A DNA stretch of 62,728 nt, the filler included, from Sphacelaria rigidula (taxonomy: Eukaryota): NCBI GenBank assembly GCA_964200075.2. It is 11 parts of 11 records of this genome, joined end to end, with 100 filler letters (N's around TTAATTAATTAA, not from the genome) between each part and the next. Parts side by side here need not be neighbours in the genome. Positions count along the whole stretch, not along the records: positions 11,425 to 17,036 come from CAXNAA020025868.1; positions 17,137 to 22,748 come from CAXNAA020025869.1; positions 22,849 to 28,460 come from CAXNAA020025870.1; 8 more parts are not named here. The stretch is one strand, 5' to 3'. The position numbers and the translations under genes were made by a program. Positions 11,838 through 24,619 of the stretch are shown piece after piece. The notes beneath the pieces are model-generated. The model had not been told where the DNA came from and searched no databases. It was given only the letters and a program-made list of their open reading frames with translations. Positions within the stretch are counted from its first letter, which is position 1; each line of letters opens with the position of its first letter.

Positions 11838-14800
11838 TACTACTGATTCCAGGGTTTTTCACATGCATGAGCAACTCTGGATCGGGCATAGGCCTCACAT
11901 GACCATACACCTCTGAACTGTGCGGCAAAAAAAGTGAAAAATCGAAAAATTGACATGACTGCAAGTGTCTTTGAGCCGGTCACAAGCCTCTCTCACATGG
12001 CCATCCCTGAACCTGACCGCAAACGTGAAAATCTTGATGGACACCTTGAAAGCTGCTCAGGAACATGGGCTTGTGAAACAGACACAAATGACAATTCGGG
12101 TATAATGAACCAGCGATTGCGCGCACAATCAAGAAAATTCTTCTTTCTGCCATGCGTGTGGGAAGAATATCTACTATATTAAGTACACAAGCTCGACAGT
12201 GTGCATAAAACGATCGGTCACATGCCTACGTGTTGTTGATCACGAAAGAAAGTCCGTGCACGGTGAGCGTAACGTTTGCTGTGGACATGTTTTGTAAATC
12301 CTTGTACAGCATACCGTGCAGCGCACTTTGAATAATCTGGAAAAATATCCAGTCGGCCCTACACTCGTTGTACTCGTACAGTAAATCGTACTTCGAAGTA
12401 CTAGATGTAAGGTCTCTCCCTTCGGACCACTGTCATCAGCAGAGTCGAGCATTGGCGCTGGACGTCCAAGACAGGGTGTAGTAAGTGATTCTGATGACGA
12501 TTTCCCCCACAGCCTTGGATCTCCAAGAGCTCTCTACGGAAGGCGGCAGACGAAAAATTCAACGAAAGCACAATTACTGCTGAAGAAGTGATCATCGCAG
12601 GGCGCACAGAGCACACGGAAGGGAGCGCCTCCGCCGAAACGATACAAGTTATGCCGCTTCTTTCATAATCTTAACTCCAACATTGTCCACATGAGACACC
12701 AACGCGCCCCGCTTAGTACATTCCGCGGTACAGCAGATGACGCGTCTATATTTCATCACGGAGCGGTAGACTTTTATATTCCTGTTCATGGATGATGGTG
12801 CAGACGAAAGAACGAATATTGAGGCTCGGTGCGCTTGCCCACGAGTGCTTTCGACTTTCCACCTCCTTTCGAACCCTGAACATATCGGGTCTGCGAAGTC
12901 ACACTGATTGGCGAGTACCAAAACACTGTACACAGTAGCAGTAGAGCTGTTGCAGAGCAGGCACTCCTGACGTACACCTGCAACGGGAAAACTGGTCAAG
13001 GTATGATGGAATAAAACGTATCATTTCCGCTTATCGTGTACTTATGTAGACAGTTATCTACAGTTGGTCCCCGACCGTCGGGTATAATCACGAGGCATAC
13101 ATTCCGCCGCATTTCATGTCACCCGAAGGACAGTCGCGTTGTTCCTCCGACGTGGTGTTGCTCGGCACTGCTACTCGTACTGCAGTGTCACCTGCCTGCC
13201 TATCACCAACGCCGACTACCAATAACTCTAAATCATTGCGGCGTCGCAGGCATAGGCTGGAGGATAACAAGACTTCGTCGACTTTCTGCAACGGTAGACT
13301 ACGCTGCGTGGTGCGCATTGTGCTTTCTCATGATATCCAGGTTGAGGTAGCGGTTGGAGCATCGCGAGCAAGAAGAGGGATGGGGGCCCGCGACACTACT
13401 GGAAGGTTGAAAAGGGACACAGCTGACATCTTCGAAGCAAGAGCAGGTGCAGACAGAGGTAAGAGCGCTCGCTGCTTCCCCCCCCCCCCCCCCCTAACGA
13501 GTGTGTGGAATGGCGTAACCTGCCTCAATACTGTCTCAATACTGTAGTGCAGTAGTGCGTAGAGAAGGCAGGGCGTCGGTCGGATGCTGGATATGGGATG
13601 TGTTCGAATGATGGAACCGCCAAACACCTTGGAAGCTTCTTCAGTGCCAAGTGATCACTCTGCGCCCATGTATGCCAACGTGAGCGTTTGTGACATTTAT
13701 TGTATTCCTTGACCGCCAGGGTAGACCATCTGAATCCCAAGTTCGTATTTCCAAATGAAAATAATGCCCATTCAACACATAAACTCACTCTGACGGTCAA
13801 CGGGTAAGATCCCATCTTCACGAGACCCAAAACACGAGGCGACGAGCGAAGCAAGCGTCGAAAAGCAGAATATCGATTGATCACCGCAACCATAGGCCCG
13901 TCGCCCTGGTTGCGGAGACTGATCGACGTGCTGATTTTCGACGCTCGCTTTGCTTCTCGCGTCTTTTTTTGCTCCAGCCAAGGTTGACCCTAAATGGACA
14001 CTCTCCTCCTGCAGCGAACATCCCAGGATCATCGCAAAGGGTTTACCCGCGAGGAATCGATGTTCCACGAACCGGGTGTGTGGTTCGCGTCACGCAGTAG
14101 CATCAATATACTGTACCGAAAGCGAGTATAGCAGCGGGGGAACTGTCATGGCCATGATCTTTCGAGTCTTCAGAAGCGCACGTCTCGATGCAGCCATGGT
14201 GCAGTCCTCGTTGAGTGTACACATTCGCGGCGTGTCGTTCTGTCTCTATTGCTTAACTGTGTATCGGCCATACAACTCTGAGGGCTGGTTTGATTTCTGT
14301 GAGGAAGTGCCAGGCTTTGAAAGTACGGGAAAAATGGGTCTGCGGCGCATCGACAGCCAAAGCTGTTGTGAGCTGTAGTACTGATCGTGGTTATGGATTT
14401 ATCGCCACACGAAGTGTAGGACACGCAGCAGATGATCTCCTCTACAAAGCCCATGGACCCTTTTCTTCATCGCCCGTTACATCATCGCTCCACCTCTTGT
14501 ACTCTGTTGGTGACAGTTACATGAGTCGAAACTTAGTGTGGCTGCCCCAGGGGAACCCACATAGTGAAGTCGAGACACCTACACCCCTACAGTCGGTATT
14601 CGGTCGTTGGAGGGTGTACACCAACTACGTTTCATTATATGAGGCATCTCTAAGGATATGCTGCGTGTACGGACAGTAGACCTTCAGTGCAATTCGGGCT
14701 AACCTACAGTCGCACGCTGCTTGCATTGTCGTGGTGTCGGTTTTTGAATGAACGCCATTGCAGTTGATGCGAAAACCCACATGTCCTTTTTTCTTTTGAA

Positions 14801-17136
14801 TTTTGATGAAAAAATATAGTAAAACTTGGTCACGTCTCAATCATTTCTCCGATGGGAAATGTACCGTTTGCGGGCGATGAAGGAAGCGCACCTAGCAGTC
14901 CGTCATTGGTAATCCTTCATTATTCCCTTACAATTAGGCTGTAGGAAAGCCGGACCCAATTATTGTAGGTAGTTGTCGCGTTCGAAATTTTGGAGTATGA
15001 GTATTTAGATGATATACTCGGTAGAGGACGTCGCTGCTGAGATAGGCTTCGTCGTGTTGTGCAGTACAGTACGGCACTGTACGCCGACCGTACAAAACGT
15101 AGAGTCCACAGTGTAGCGATCACTACAGTAGAGTAAGCAGGACTGTAAGCTGTGTGATGACTGTCAGGATCGTGTTATACATCTATCCGGACAGTAGACA
15201 TACGTTACACCATAAGTCTGTACAATCCGGCTCGGTCCAACGTGCTCGGTCAGCCATGCCTAGTGGCACCAGTACTTACCCTACAAACATCACGTTCGTA
15301 CGTACATGACATTTTTCATCAGTACGTACACAGCAGGCTGAAGCTGCAGCCGATTTTGAGTAACTTCTTACATTTTCAGTCCCGTACTGCAGTAGATGCA
15401 CTGTATTACGTTAAATATACTGCAGTACAGTAGAGTGCAGCATAGATCAACGAAAACATATAGAAACTAGTCTACTTGAGCCGCCAATTGCCTCATCCTC
15501 ACGCTCGTGTTTCGACCTCACAGGAGCGTTATCATTCAATCGCACTTGTTGTTGCATGTAGCGAAGCAAGCTATCAAACTAATACGCTGTATACTTTGCT
15601 CGCCGTGCTACCCGACCTTTTTTTCGGTAGCTTTGACGTTGAGCGCTGTTGATTTATCCCTAGGACGTGTGAGTATGCCTATGGTTCAGCTAGGGGTCTT
15701 CCTGACGATATTCACGACTGTTCTGCTCTACTGCATTCTCCAATCACGAAAACCATGTGTAAGTGTAGCCTGATATCTAGTCTCAGTCGTAATATCCTCA
15801 GTTTTTCTGTGCATTTAGCTAAACTAACGAGCCCTCTTGAAGCGATGGAGATTACACATCCGTCCTGTACCCCAGAAGTGGAAAATGACCGACATGGCAC
15901 CCCCTCGGCCGCGGGTCTGGACATATCCGTCGCATTTTTTTTGTCGAGTTGTACCAGCTGCAATGACGGTATTTTTCTGAAAATAGCCTATAAATCTGAG
16001 GTTCGCAGGATCCCAGATTCCTCGGTGAGCACAACGTGGCACACCAAACTGATGATATCCCTGGGAAAAGGAGATCTCAGCTGTTTATTGCGCCCCGAGA
16101 TCTAGGCCCTCGACTGTTTTCGACAGCAACGTACGCTAACTGAAACTAAAGTGCTGAGACCGCGTTCTAGCGGCAGTCTCTTCATGTTCCGAGCTGTCAA
16201 TTGTCTTGTGTGGTATAGACCCCTCCTGGACTCATAACAAGGTCACAAGACTGCTCCGAGGGCTTCCTCCCTCACTAGGGCTCGCAGACTTCAAGACAGA
16301 TGTTGTTCACAAAACACAGTCTTCGTCATCGGAAGTGACCTGCTGCACCTCCGTGGACACATATAATGTCAAGCAGTCACAGTCATACTCCAGAGAATAT
16401 CTCATGACCAAATTATCATGATGCAAACTTCATATCCAAACCTTAATGCATCAACCTGCAGCTCCTCATGCACCTGCGCGTGTAGTAGGGGTGGATTACT
16501 CTACAGAGGGCAAAGTTCAGGCGCGGTACCTAATGCCATTGAGTGTAACCACACGGAATGTACCATGACGTTCTGTTACAGACGGAATAGTGTTTGCCTT
16601 TAGTGGTAGTTCGCATGCATGTCTCCACTGTACAAGTCGAGTACTAGAGCGAACAACAATAGCATTTCGGTCATGCAGGGTACAAGGTTTTGCTAGCTCA
16701 TGCAAATATGACTTACTTTTACTATTACATATGTTTACACATTTCACCATTCCGTTTGGCACAGTTCGATTTTACTATCATGTCAACCTTCTAGCATCTG
16801 CTCGCTGCTGGAATCAAACACCTTACTCGTACTGTCTCACCGTTACGCTTGAAACAATCGTAAGCTCACAGCATGTGGGTAAATCCAACGTAGAATGACA
16901 CAGGACGAACGTCACGACATGCTTGGTCACAGATCAAGGCCGATTTATTTTCTCTTTCTCTCATTGGTGGTGTCGAGACTTCGCACTTCCGAGAAGGAGT
17001 GGACACCAGGATGCACCCGATTGGGTCGGTCTTCGGNNNNNNNNNNNNNNNNNNNNNNNNNNNNNNNNNNNNNNNNNNNNTTAATTAATTAANNNNNNNN
17101 NNNNNNNNNNNNNNNNNNNNNNNNNNNNNNNNNNNN

Positions 17137-17205
<69 letters not shown>
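17137..17205. repeat. (TAA)n microsatellite at the contig start
   Basis: About 23 perfect TAA units. Confidence 0.95.
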
Positions 17206-17206
<1 letters not shown>

Positions 17207-17486
17207 CAAGGACGCTTTCACGTGAGAAAAGTTGTTCGGTTGTTGGCTTCATTGTCAAAATCGTCTTGCGGACGAAGGATAGTTGGGGACAAATGGGATA
17301 CAGCTGCACCACTCCAGCACGGATAGCTGAAGTTTCCGCGCGCTGTAAACACAACATCCGCAAAAGGTGCTGGGCAAAACAAAACCTGCGTCAACTCGGC
17401 GCTCGACAGGATTGGGCTCGTGTTTCCGTGCAGATGGGCAGTTTGCACTACAAGCCAACGAGAAGATAGGAAAGGCAGAAAACGTG

Positions 17487-17712
17487 ATTGACTCTCCACT
17501 GGTGTGTAGCAAACAAATTGCATATTAAATATATACGCAAGTCGGAATCAAAGTGATGATGCCTGCCGTCGCTGGGTTATTTAGCAGCAAAAGACAAGAA
17601 TTGACTCTCCACTGGTGTGTAGTAAACAAATTGCATATTAAATATATACGCAAGTCGGAATCAAAGTGATGATGCCTTCCGTCGCTGGGTTATTCAGCAG
17701 CAAAAGACAAGA
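17487..17712. repeat. 113-bp tandem duplication
   Basis: attgactctccactgg...gcaaaagacaaga at 17487-17599 and 17600-17712, about 3 differences. Confidence 0.92.
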
Positions 17713-18289
17713 AGCTTAGTAAGTAAACTAACTGCTTCCCTATTCTCGTTATTTTGTCGCGCTTTTACGCATTGGTCGTGAAAAATGGCTGATAACGTGA
17801 TTTCACGGTGCATATCCCGGATCTTTAGAGGGGCTGACAGTACCAAGTGCTCTTCGCATGCCCGAAGGTAGGCGCCGGCTTGAGGTCTGCCAACGCCCAC
17901 ATTGCCTGGAGCAACCTTTGCATCCGCCTTGCCCGAGGGTTCTCGTACGCGTTGGTCGGAGTCAGGGCTAGGGTAAGGGTTAGTTAACAATATTTCAGGA
18001 TCACAGATTTCTGAGAACGCTCCGTCGGGCCATTTCCACGACCAATGCGTGTAGGCAACCCTCTTCTTTTTTTCCTCCGTGCATTCGCGTTGTGGTACAC
18101 GTCTTTCACCACCACAACCCAAGATGCATAATCCATTAAACGTATCACACAGCTTCACCTTTTCAGCCTACTGAGTGAAGTTCAACACACCAACACCATA
18201 TTGAAAACAAAATGCGCCACACCTTCCGAACGAGTACAAGACAGACGTTCGTCGAGCGAGTTGACCCGTCATCATCTCCTCCCAATTAC

Positions 18290-18405
18290 CTGTGCGGGTG
18301 TAAGCATACAGCTCCGTCGTGGGGCCGCTCCCGCAACGCCGCCAGCCGCCCCGCTCTCACGCTCCTCTTCAAACGCCCGCGCCCCGCGACCGTCGGCGGT
18401 GTCCT
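18290..18405 (-). CDS. Downstream exon of the HEAT-repeat protein
   Basis: aacag| acceptor and CAG|gtaatt donor. Its phase-1 start matches the phase-1 end of exon 20307-22491, giving (E)DTADGRGARAFEEERESGAAGGVAGAAPRRSCMLTPAQ. Confidence 0.65.
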
Positions 18406-20306
18406 CTGTTCCGCACATTCATTTCGAGCAAACCAAGAGGGCCGTCGAAACGTTCAGTACTCCGTCAAGCACTTGACAACAGAGTACGCAATCAAAAGGT
18501 GTACTGCGTACAGTATCGACTATTGTGCCTATTGCAACAGAAAATATATTACATACTGTACGCAGTAGATTTTTTTGCAATAGAATCTCTTGTCCATGGT
18601 GTGGTGTAGGTAGGATCTGAAGGTGTATCGTTACGATATCGGTGGTTGCCAATGCAGGCGCCGAGGCGACGGCGTGGGCTTGATCAAACTCAATGTAGGG
18701 ATTTTTCATACGTGAATCGCCTGTATCGATATGTATGTAAGACAGTCGCGGACAGCGGGTGTGATTGATTGAAGACCCATGTGATTTCACGCCTAGGTTC
18801 GGGTCCTACCGTCGACGCCAATATAAGACACAGTCGCGGACAGCGGGTGTGACCTATCCTACCCGGACAGCGGGTGTATGTAGGTCGTAGCTTCTCACTC
18901 GGTGAAAGGGTACGGAGTGTACTGAGCCGAGACGTGGATGTGGACTTGGACTGGACGGACTTCGCAAGGCAGGGTTTGGGTTGAAACACAGAGTGCCTGG
19001 GTAGGGGAGGCTCGCACGGGGGAGCCTCTCAAGACGGGAGAGTGACGATCCTAGACCGGGGATTGGATGATGATAGTCCCAGGGTGACAGGCCCGGTAAG
19101 ACGGTCCGGGTTGACTAACTCGGGGTTATCAGTAAGCGGGTCGGGTCATATAAAGGTCCTGATAACATATGTAAGGTTTAGTAGTAGCGGTACTGGAAAG
19201 GCGAGCCTGCGTCTGTGACCACGGTTTCGGGAGATCGGGCTAATGAGCGTGAATAATGATGACAACACACGAGCTGGGGGAGCTGACAATGATTTCTTGA
19301 ATGCAATCGCGTCCGGCGGTGCTACAGTTGAGGAGTTTGGGGCTGAAATTTTGACACGATATTCTCATCATCAACACGCGCAACATTTCTCGGGATGCCA
19401 AGACACGATAAAATAAAACAAAAAGTTGAGTAATTTGAAATTTCAGCAGAAATCGGTGAAAATTCCGTCAAAGACTCCTGAAAAATAATGGGCCCAGCGT
19501 GGCAATTCTTGTGTGACACCGCTGCGCCCAAGTGCCACAGGACGCTCCAGTTATGGAGGTCATGAAATCGAATCCCGACAGATCCTCTTCGTTTCGTTCC
19601 ATCGTTAAGGTCATGCATCGTACAGTACATTTTCATTTTTTTCAGCGACAGAGCGTGCACGACCAGGTTAGTACTTTACCCTTAGACGACTCGAAACGCC
19701 ATCAACTTCACTTGAAAAGGTGTTCGTTGTCCAGATAGACTACCCTCCTCGCGGTCGAGGGGTTTAAATCGGGCCGACTCGGGACACTTAAGAAGTTGTT
19801 GTGTGCTGCCCGTTTGCACGTTTTACGGCTGGCCGAGGTCGTAATGAGCCGAATTGCTCGGCAGGTCGCGGCAAACAAGCTATGTTGAAGCCAATTATCG
19901 ATAAATAACATACAGCATTAATAATACCGTTAATGAATCCTCAAACGTAGTACAGTATATTGATAGCTATGAAGCGGTAACAAAAGCACTCGCTAGCTGC
20001 AGCACAGATTGCAGATTTACTGCCCCCCCCGACACACACACACATTTTTTCTTTTATATTTCACAGAGCCGAGCGAATGGTGGTCGCTACACAGGATCGG
20101 ATAGCCTTACTCCCGCCCTCGCTCCGCTTGAAAAATCTCGAACCATTTCGAAAAAAAAAAGTTCCCGAGCCCGAACATTAGCCACCTGAATTATCCTTCC
20201 TTGCCCCCACTCCCCCCCTCACCCCCCACTTGACGAACACCCTCGTACCACACACGCTTACATTAATGGCCGAATAATGTTTTGGTTCTACGGTATATCG
20301 CCTCAC

Positions 20307-22491
20307 CTGCAACAGCATCCCCACCAACGGCCGCCGAATCAGAGGTCCCGGCACCTTCACCCTTGCCGTCACCACCACAAACAGCGGGCTGAGGGCAAGG
20401 ACCCGGGCCGAGCTCAGGCACCCATGCGGGCCTCAAGGCCTGCAACATCGTGCACGCCACATGAGCGTTCGTGTCGAGGAGAAGCCTCGCCACGAGCACA
20501 ATCAGCGGATCGCTGCTCGGATTGTATATCTCCACGAACTCGGCGGGATCAAGATTGTTCGGGTTGTCGCTGTCGTCCGGGCTCGGCTGCTCACCGTTTA
20601 TGGCATCCACGCTGCAGGCCCCGCCGGCGCTGCTCGTCCCCGTCTCGTACCCTTCATCATCGCTGCTTGCATTGCCGCCGTCGCCGAACGCGACGGCCGT
20701 TGCCTCCGCCGTCTCGTTCCCCGTTTGATAGTTCGTATCGCCGGGAGATTTGGGTGCCGTCGCCCTGGAATCTGGCAAGGAGCCCTGAGAACTACTAGTA
20801 GACTGCTCTTCGACTTGTTGCTGTCCTTGGCCAGACTCGCCGGCGAGGTGGTGCTGCCCTTGAACGTCATCCGCGGCAGCCTCCATTCCGTCGCCGCTGC
20901 GCCCGGTAGTGGTTACCAGCGGCGGTGAGGAAGGGAGAGAGTCTTGACTAGTGCTGGAGTCTTGTCCTCCGCTGGCGGTACTAGCATCAGTCCCCACCGC
21001 ATCACGCACTGCCATCGTCGGTAAATAAGGCGCGGCTGATGCCGACAGAGGCCTAGCACTCCTCATGGGAGTCTTGGCGGCTTCGGTTTCCAAGGCATCA
21101 GTATTCCTGGACGGCTCAGTCATAGCCCCATCCTCATTTTCTACAATATCGGAAGGTGTACCATCACCGCTACTATGGTCATCCCCACTCACGCCCACAA
21201 ACATACTCTCGGCAAGTTGGTAATTCGTTTCTCCGGAGGAGCCAGGGGCCAAAGCACGCGCTGAATCCTCTTCACCCTCAGCCGTTTCGAACACCGCTGC
21301 CTCGGTGAGCTCGTACAATTCTTCTGCTTGTTCGCCGGAATCACCCAGCCAACTGCTCTCGCTGCCGCCGCCGGCATCTTCTCCCGCATCATCGTCGTGC
21401 TTCGCAAAGGGAAGCCGCGGGCCCTCCGGTGATTCATTGCCGTGGCCGCTTGTGCCAAGCTCCTCATTCCCATCCCCATCCGGGCGATTCTCGGGAGCGT
21501 CAAAGCCGGCTAGATCCATCAGCTCCGCGGCCATGGCGGCCTCGGCGGCCATATCCGCTGCCGCCGCAGCGGCCGCCGCCGCTGCCATCGCCACTTGCAA
21601 AACCTTCCCGTGACACACCCGCCCTCGGTCACCAGCTTCTCCGCCCACCCCTCCGACAATACCCAGCTCTCCCCGTCCTTCGAATCCGCTGAAGTTTGCG
21701 CTGCCATCATCGCACTTATCACCTTCCCCGGTAACGCAGCAGCACGTCGCCATGCTATCGTTCTCCGATCCAGATGACGACCTCGATCGAGCCCCGCCGC
21801 GGCTACCGCCGCTCTCGCCCGCCCCGTTTTCAGCCGCGCCGGCCCTGGAAGCCCCGTGCGCCGCCACATAGTCTTCGAACCCAACCATCAGTCGAAGCAT
21901 CTCGCCTAGAGAGACCGCCGCTGTACCGCGCACCTCAGCGGCGGGGTCATCAACCAAGCACGCGGCGGCGGGCATCAAGGCACCGAGTATATTTTTGCGT
22001 GCTTTTTGACTAGCCTCCCCCAGCCCGCCGTCTCCCGCCTGTCCTCCCTCTGCCGCTGCGGCGTCCAGGGATATCTCTGATTCACTTCGTTCATCCTCGC
22101 CCGCTTGACTGCGGTCAAGGTCGTCGGCAATGTTGGCGATGGGCTCCTCTTCGTTCCCAGCCACCGCCGGTGACCCCGGTGCCCCCGCCTTCGCCGTGGG
22201 CGGCGTAGCTTCCGACGCTGTTGTTTTCATCGCCGCTATTTCGCCAGCACTATCAACGTTGTGAGAACTGGGTTGCCCTGCCGACAGGTCCCTGACACCC
22301 GTCACTTGTGTGACTGCCTCATTAATCGGATCTTCTTTACCTTCGCTGGTACCGCCATCGGCTCCGATGTCCCCTGCACTACTTTCTTCTTTCTCCCCTC
22401 CACTGGTCGGTACTGTTTGCGGCTCGCCCGCGTGGCCGGACATGGCGAACCCCAGGAGTATTCGGGCGAGGCGCGGCAAGCAGCGAATCGC
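20307..22491 (-). CDS. Large internal exon of a HEAT/ARM-repeat protein (PP2A-A/PP4R1-like scaffold possible) with long low-complexity insertions
   Basis: 2185-nt open exon between a polypyrimidine ttttccccctttag| acceptor and a GCAG|gtgagg donor. HEAT-like segments: AIRCLPRLARILL, ILGALMPAAACLVDDPAAEVRGTAAVSLGEML, LIVLVARLLLDTNAHVACTMLQAL. Confidence 0.8.
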
Positions 22492-22848
22492 CTAAAGGGG
22501 GAAAAACAAACGCGTGCGGAATGGGGCACGACGATGGAAGGCGCGTTAATCAAATTTGCCTGCGAGCGCGGGTTTGCAATGTAGAGTTTTTTCGCATGCA
22601 CAGTCCACCGCATGCGTGATACGGTGGGCTTGTGCGAACTTGCGAGAACGTATACAATAGGCTAGCTTTTGCCCAGCACGAGTAATCGGCGGCGGCGGAT
22701 GGCGGCGGCGGGGGGGGGGGGGGGGGGCTTTCGGGGGGGGACAGCACCNNNNNNNNNNNNNNNNNNNNNNNNNNNNNNNNNNNNNNNNNNNNTTAATTAA
22801 TTAANNNNNNNNNNNNNNNNNNNNNNNNNNNNNNNNNNNNNNNNNNNN

Positions 22849-22925
22849 TGGATACGAAGATTTTAATCCTCCGGGTTCTCATCCTCAATGAAAATCTCAA
22901 TCCTCAACTTCGATGATCGGCTGTT
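22849..22925. mobile_element. Right end of an AACAGCCG-type MITE at the contig start
   Basis: cgaagattttaatcctccgggttctcatcctcaatgaaaa...gatcggctgtt. Homologous to 9370-9451, 28392-28460 (reverse) and 57118-57188. Confidence 0.8.
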
Positions 22926-23509
22926 TAAGTCTGTTGGCGCCCATTTGTTCAATGATTACACTCTCCGCTTCCTGGATACACTGCGCATACTATACATGCA
23001 AACCCAAGTGTATAGCACGGAGTAGCAACTGGGATGGTTCAGTGTGTTTTATCAGACTTGGTTGAGCTTATTTAACGCACATCGGCGAACGGACAATCAA
23101 CCAGCGAGTCCGGTTCAGACAATAAGATGGAATGGCTCCATATGGTTCAGAGGAGAGCGGACAAAGCCAGTGTGCGGTATGGACGCGCAGGTAAGTACTA
23201 CTGCGGGGTGCGGCGCTCCGAGCCAGGCTGTTCCATTGCCTGTTAACAAAGGTCATGACAAAAGCGATGCTCTTTTGTCATAACCTTTGTCTGGTAACAC
23301 AATCCATCGATGTTCTTGCTCGCTACCGGTCGGTACTTGTATCGAACGTGCGCAGATCCCTGCTGACGGACCATGCTGCTGGTTTATCCTCACCATCAGT
23401 GGCGGACAAAACTTCTGCAGCTGGCTGCTGCTACTTCACCACCCCTTCCCCCGCCATGCTTATACCATGCCATATGCATGTATAAACGCCTGGGATTGAT
23501 AATAATAGC

Positions 23510-23942
23510 GGTATCTGAAACTCGAGGTTTACGATATATTTGACTGTAAATTACTTTGAAATACACCGGGAATCTTGAGTTTGAGATACCTCTCTAATAA
23601 TGCGTGATCCATGTTCCTACGCATCATCATCGAAGTTTGGCATGTTTTTCATCAGAGAACTGCAAGTTTCGGCCAAAGATCATTATTAGCCGAAATACCA
23701 TCGTCTACGCCTTCCGCGTGCGGGGCGAAGTTTCATATGACCTTCTTCGAACTGGGTAAAAGTCTCACATGGCCATCGTTGAACCATAGCGGGAAATTAT
23801 CACGTGACCATTGAAGCCTGTGTTTGTTGGCCAACTCACCCCACCAGAGGTATCTTAAACTCGAAGTTACCGCGTGTTTTCTCCGTACCCTTGGCGATAA
23901 TTTATTGATGATTATACCGGGAACCTCGAGTTTGAGATGCCT
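23510..23942. mobile_element. MITE whose ~90-bp TIRs are themselves hairpins
   Basis: ggtatct(g/c/t)aaactcga motifs occur in alternating orientation at about 23510, 23575, 23849 and 23925. Block 23847-23942 is the reverse complement of 23510-23592. Confidence 0.6.
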
Positions 23943-24382
23943 TTATCGATACAACAAAAACAGTTACAAAAAAATGGGTGATCTTGTATCAAGTCACACA
24001 TGACCGTCTACATGAACACCTGGGGGAAAAAAAACACAGAATAACAAGCGTAGCGCCGGTCGTACGGACGTGCATGTATCGTGCGCGCATGCACTTTGCA
24101 GAAATAGCACGAATGGGTTTGTTTTGATATCTTATCGGCTCTATTGCCATGGCTCTGTCACTGAGATAGCCGGCAGTAACGGTATATAGTTGCTGTTCAG
24201 TTGATCACGAAGTTCAATAGCAGGGTGTGAACGCCCCCTCCCCTCCTCATTACAAAAACAGAGGGTCTCTAAGCGCACCAGCCGCCAAGCTACTCTGTTG
24301 ACTCCCCCACCCAACCCCCCGCGGATTCTATCATCAAGTTTTTCTGCGCATCTGCAGGGTGCCTTGTAGTATTCCGAACAAG

Positions 24383-24619
24383 ATGAGGCTGCTTTGCTGG
24401 TGCCAGCTGTATGTAGCAATATTTTCCTTTTGTTGGCCTGTCGCGCCCAGCGAGGGTTGCCCTTTCCTGCAGAAGAAGATCGCCGACAGGCAGCAACAGC
24501 AGCAACAACAACAACAACGACCATTTAGCAAGGATGCTGTCATCGAACAGACGACGGTGGAGTACCGCACTGCTTCTGAACAAGATGATGAGCTCTCGGT
24601 GCCAGGCAGCAAGCACCAG
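24383..24619 (+). CDS. First exon of a putative secreted protein with a CPF motif and poly-Q
   Basis: MRLLCWCQLYVAIFSFCWPVAPSEG|CPFLQKK is a signal-peptide-like N-terminus. The exon ends at a CAG|gtgggt donor in phase 0. Possible further exons lie near 25250-25344 and 25582-25662. Confidence 0.55.

Noticed and set aside
17960..17990. Interstitial telomeric repeat (also 284-296 and 2054-2070)
   Set aside because: Only 2-3 degenerate TTAGGG-like units inside dispersed repeats.
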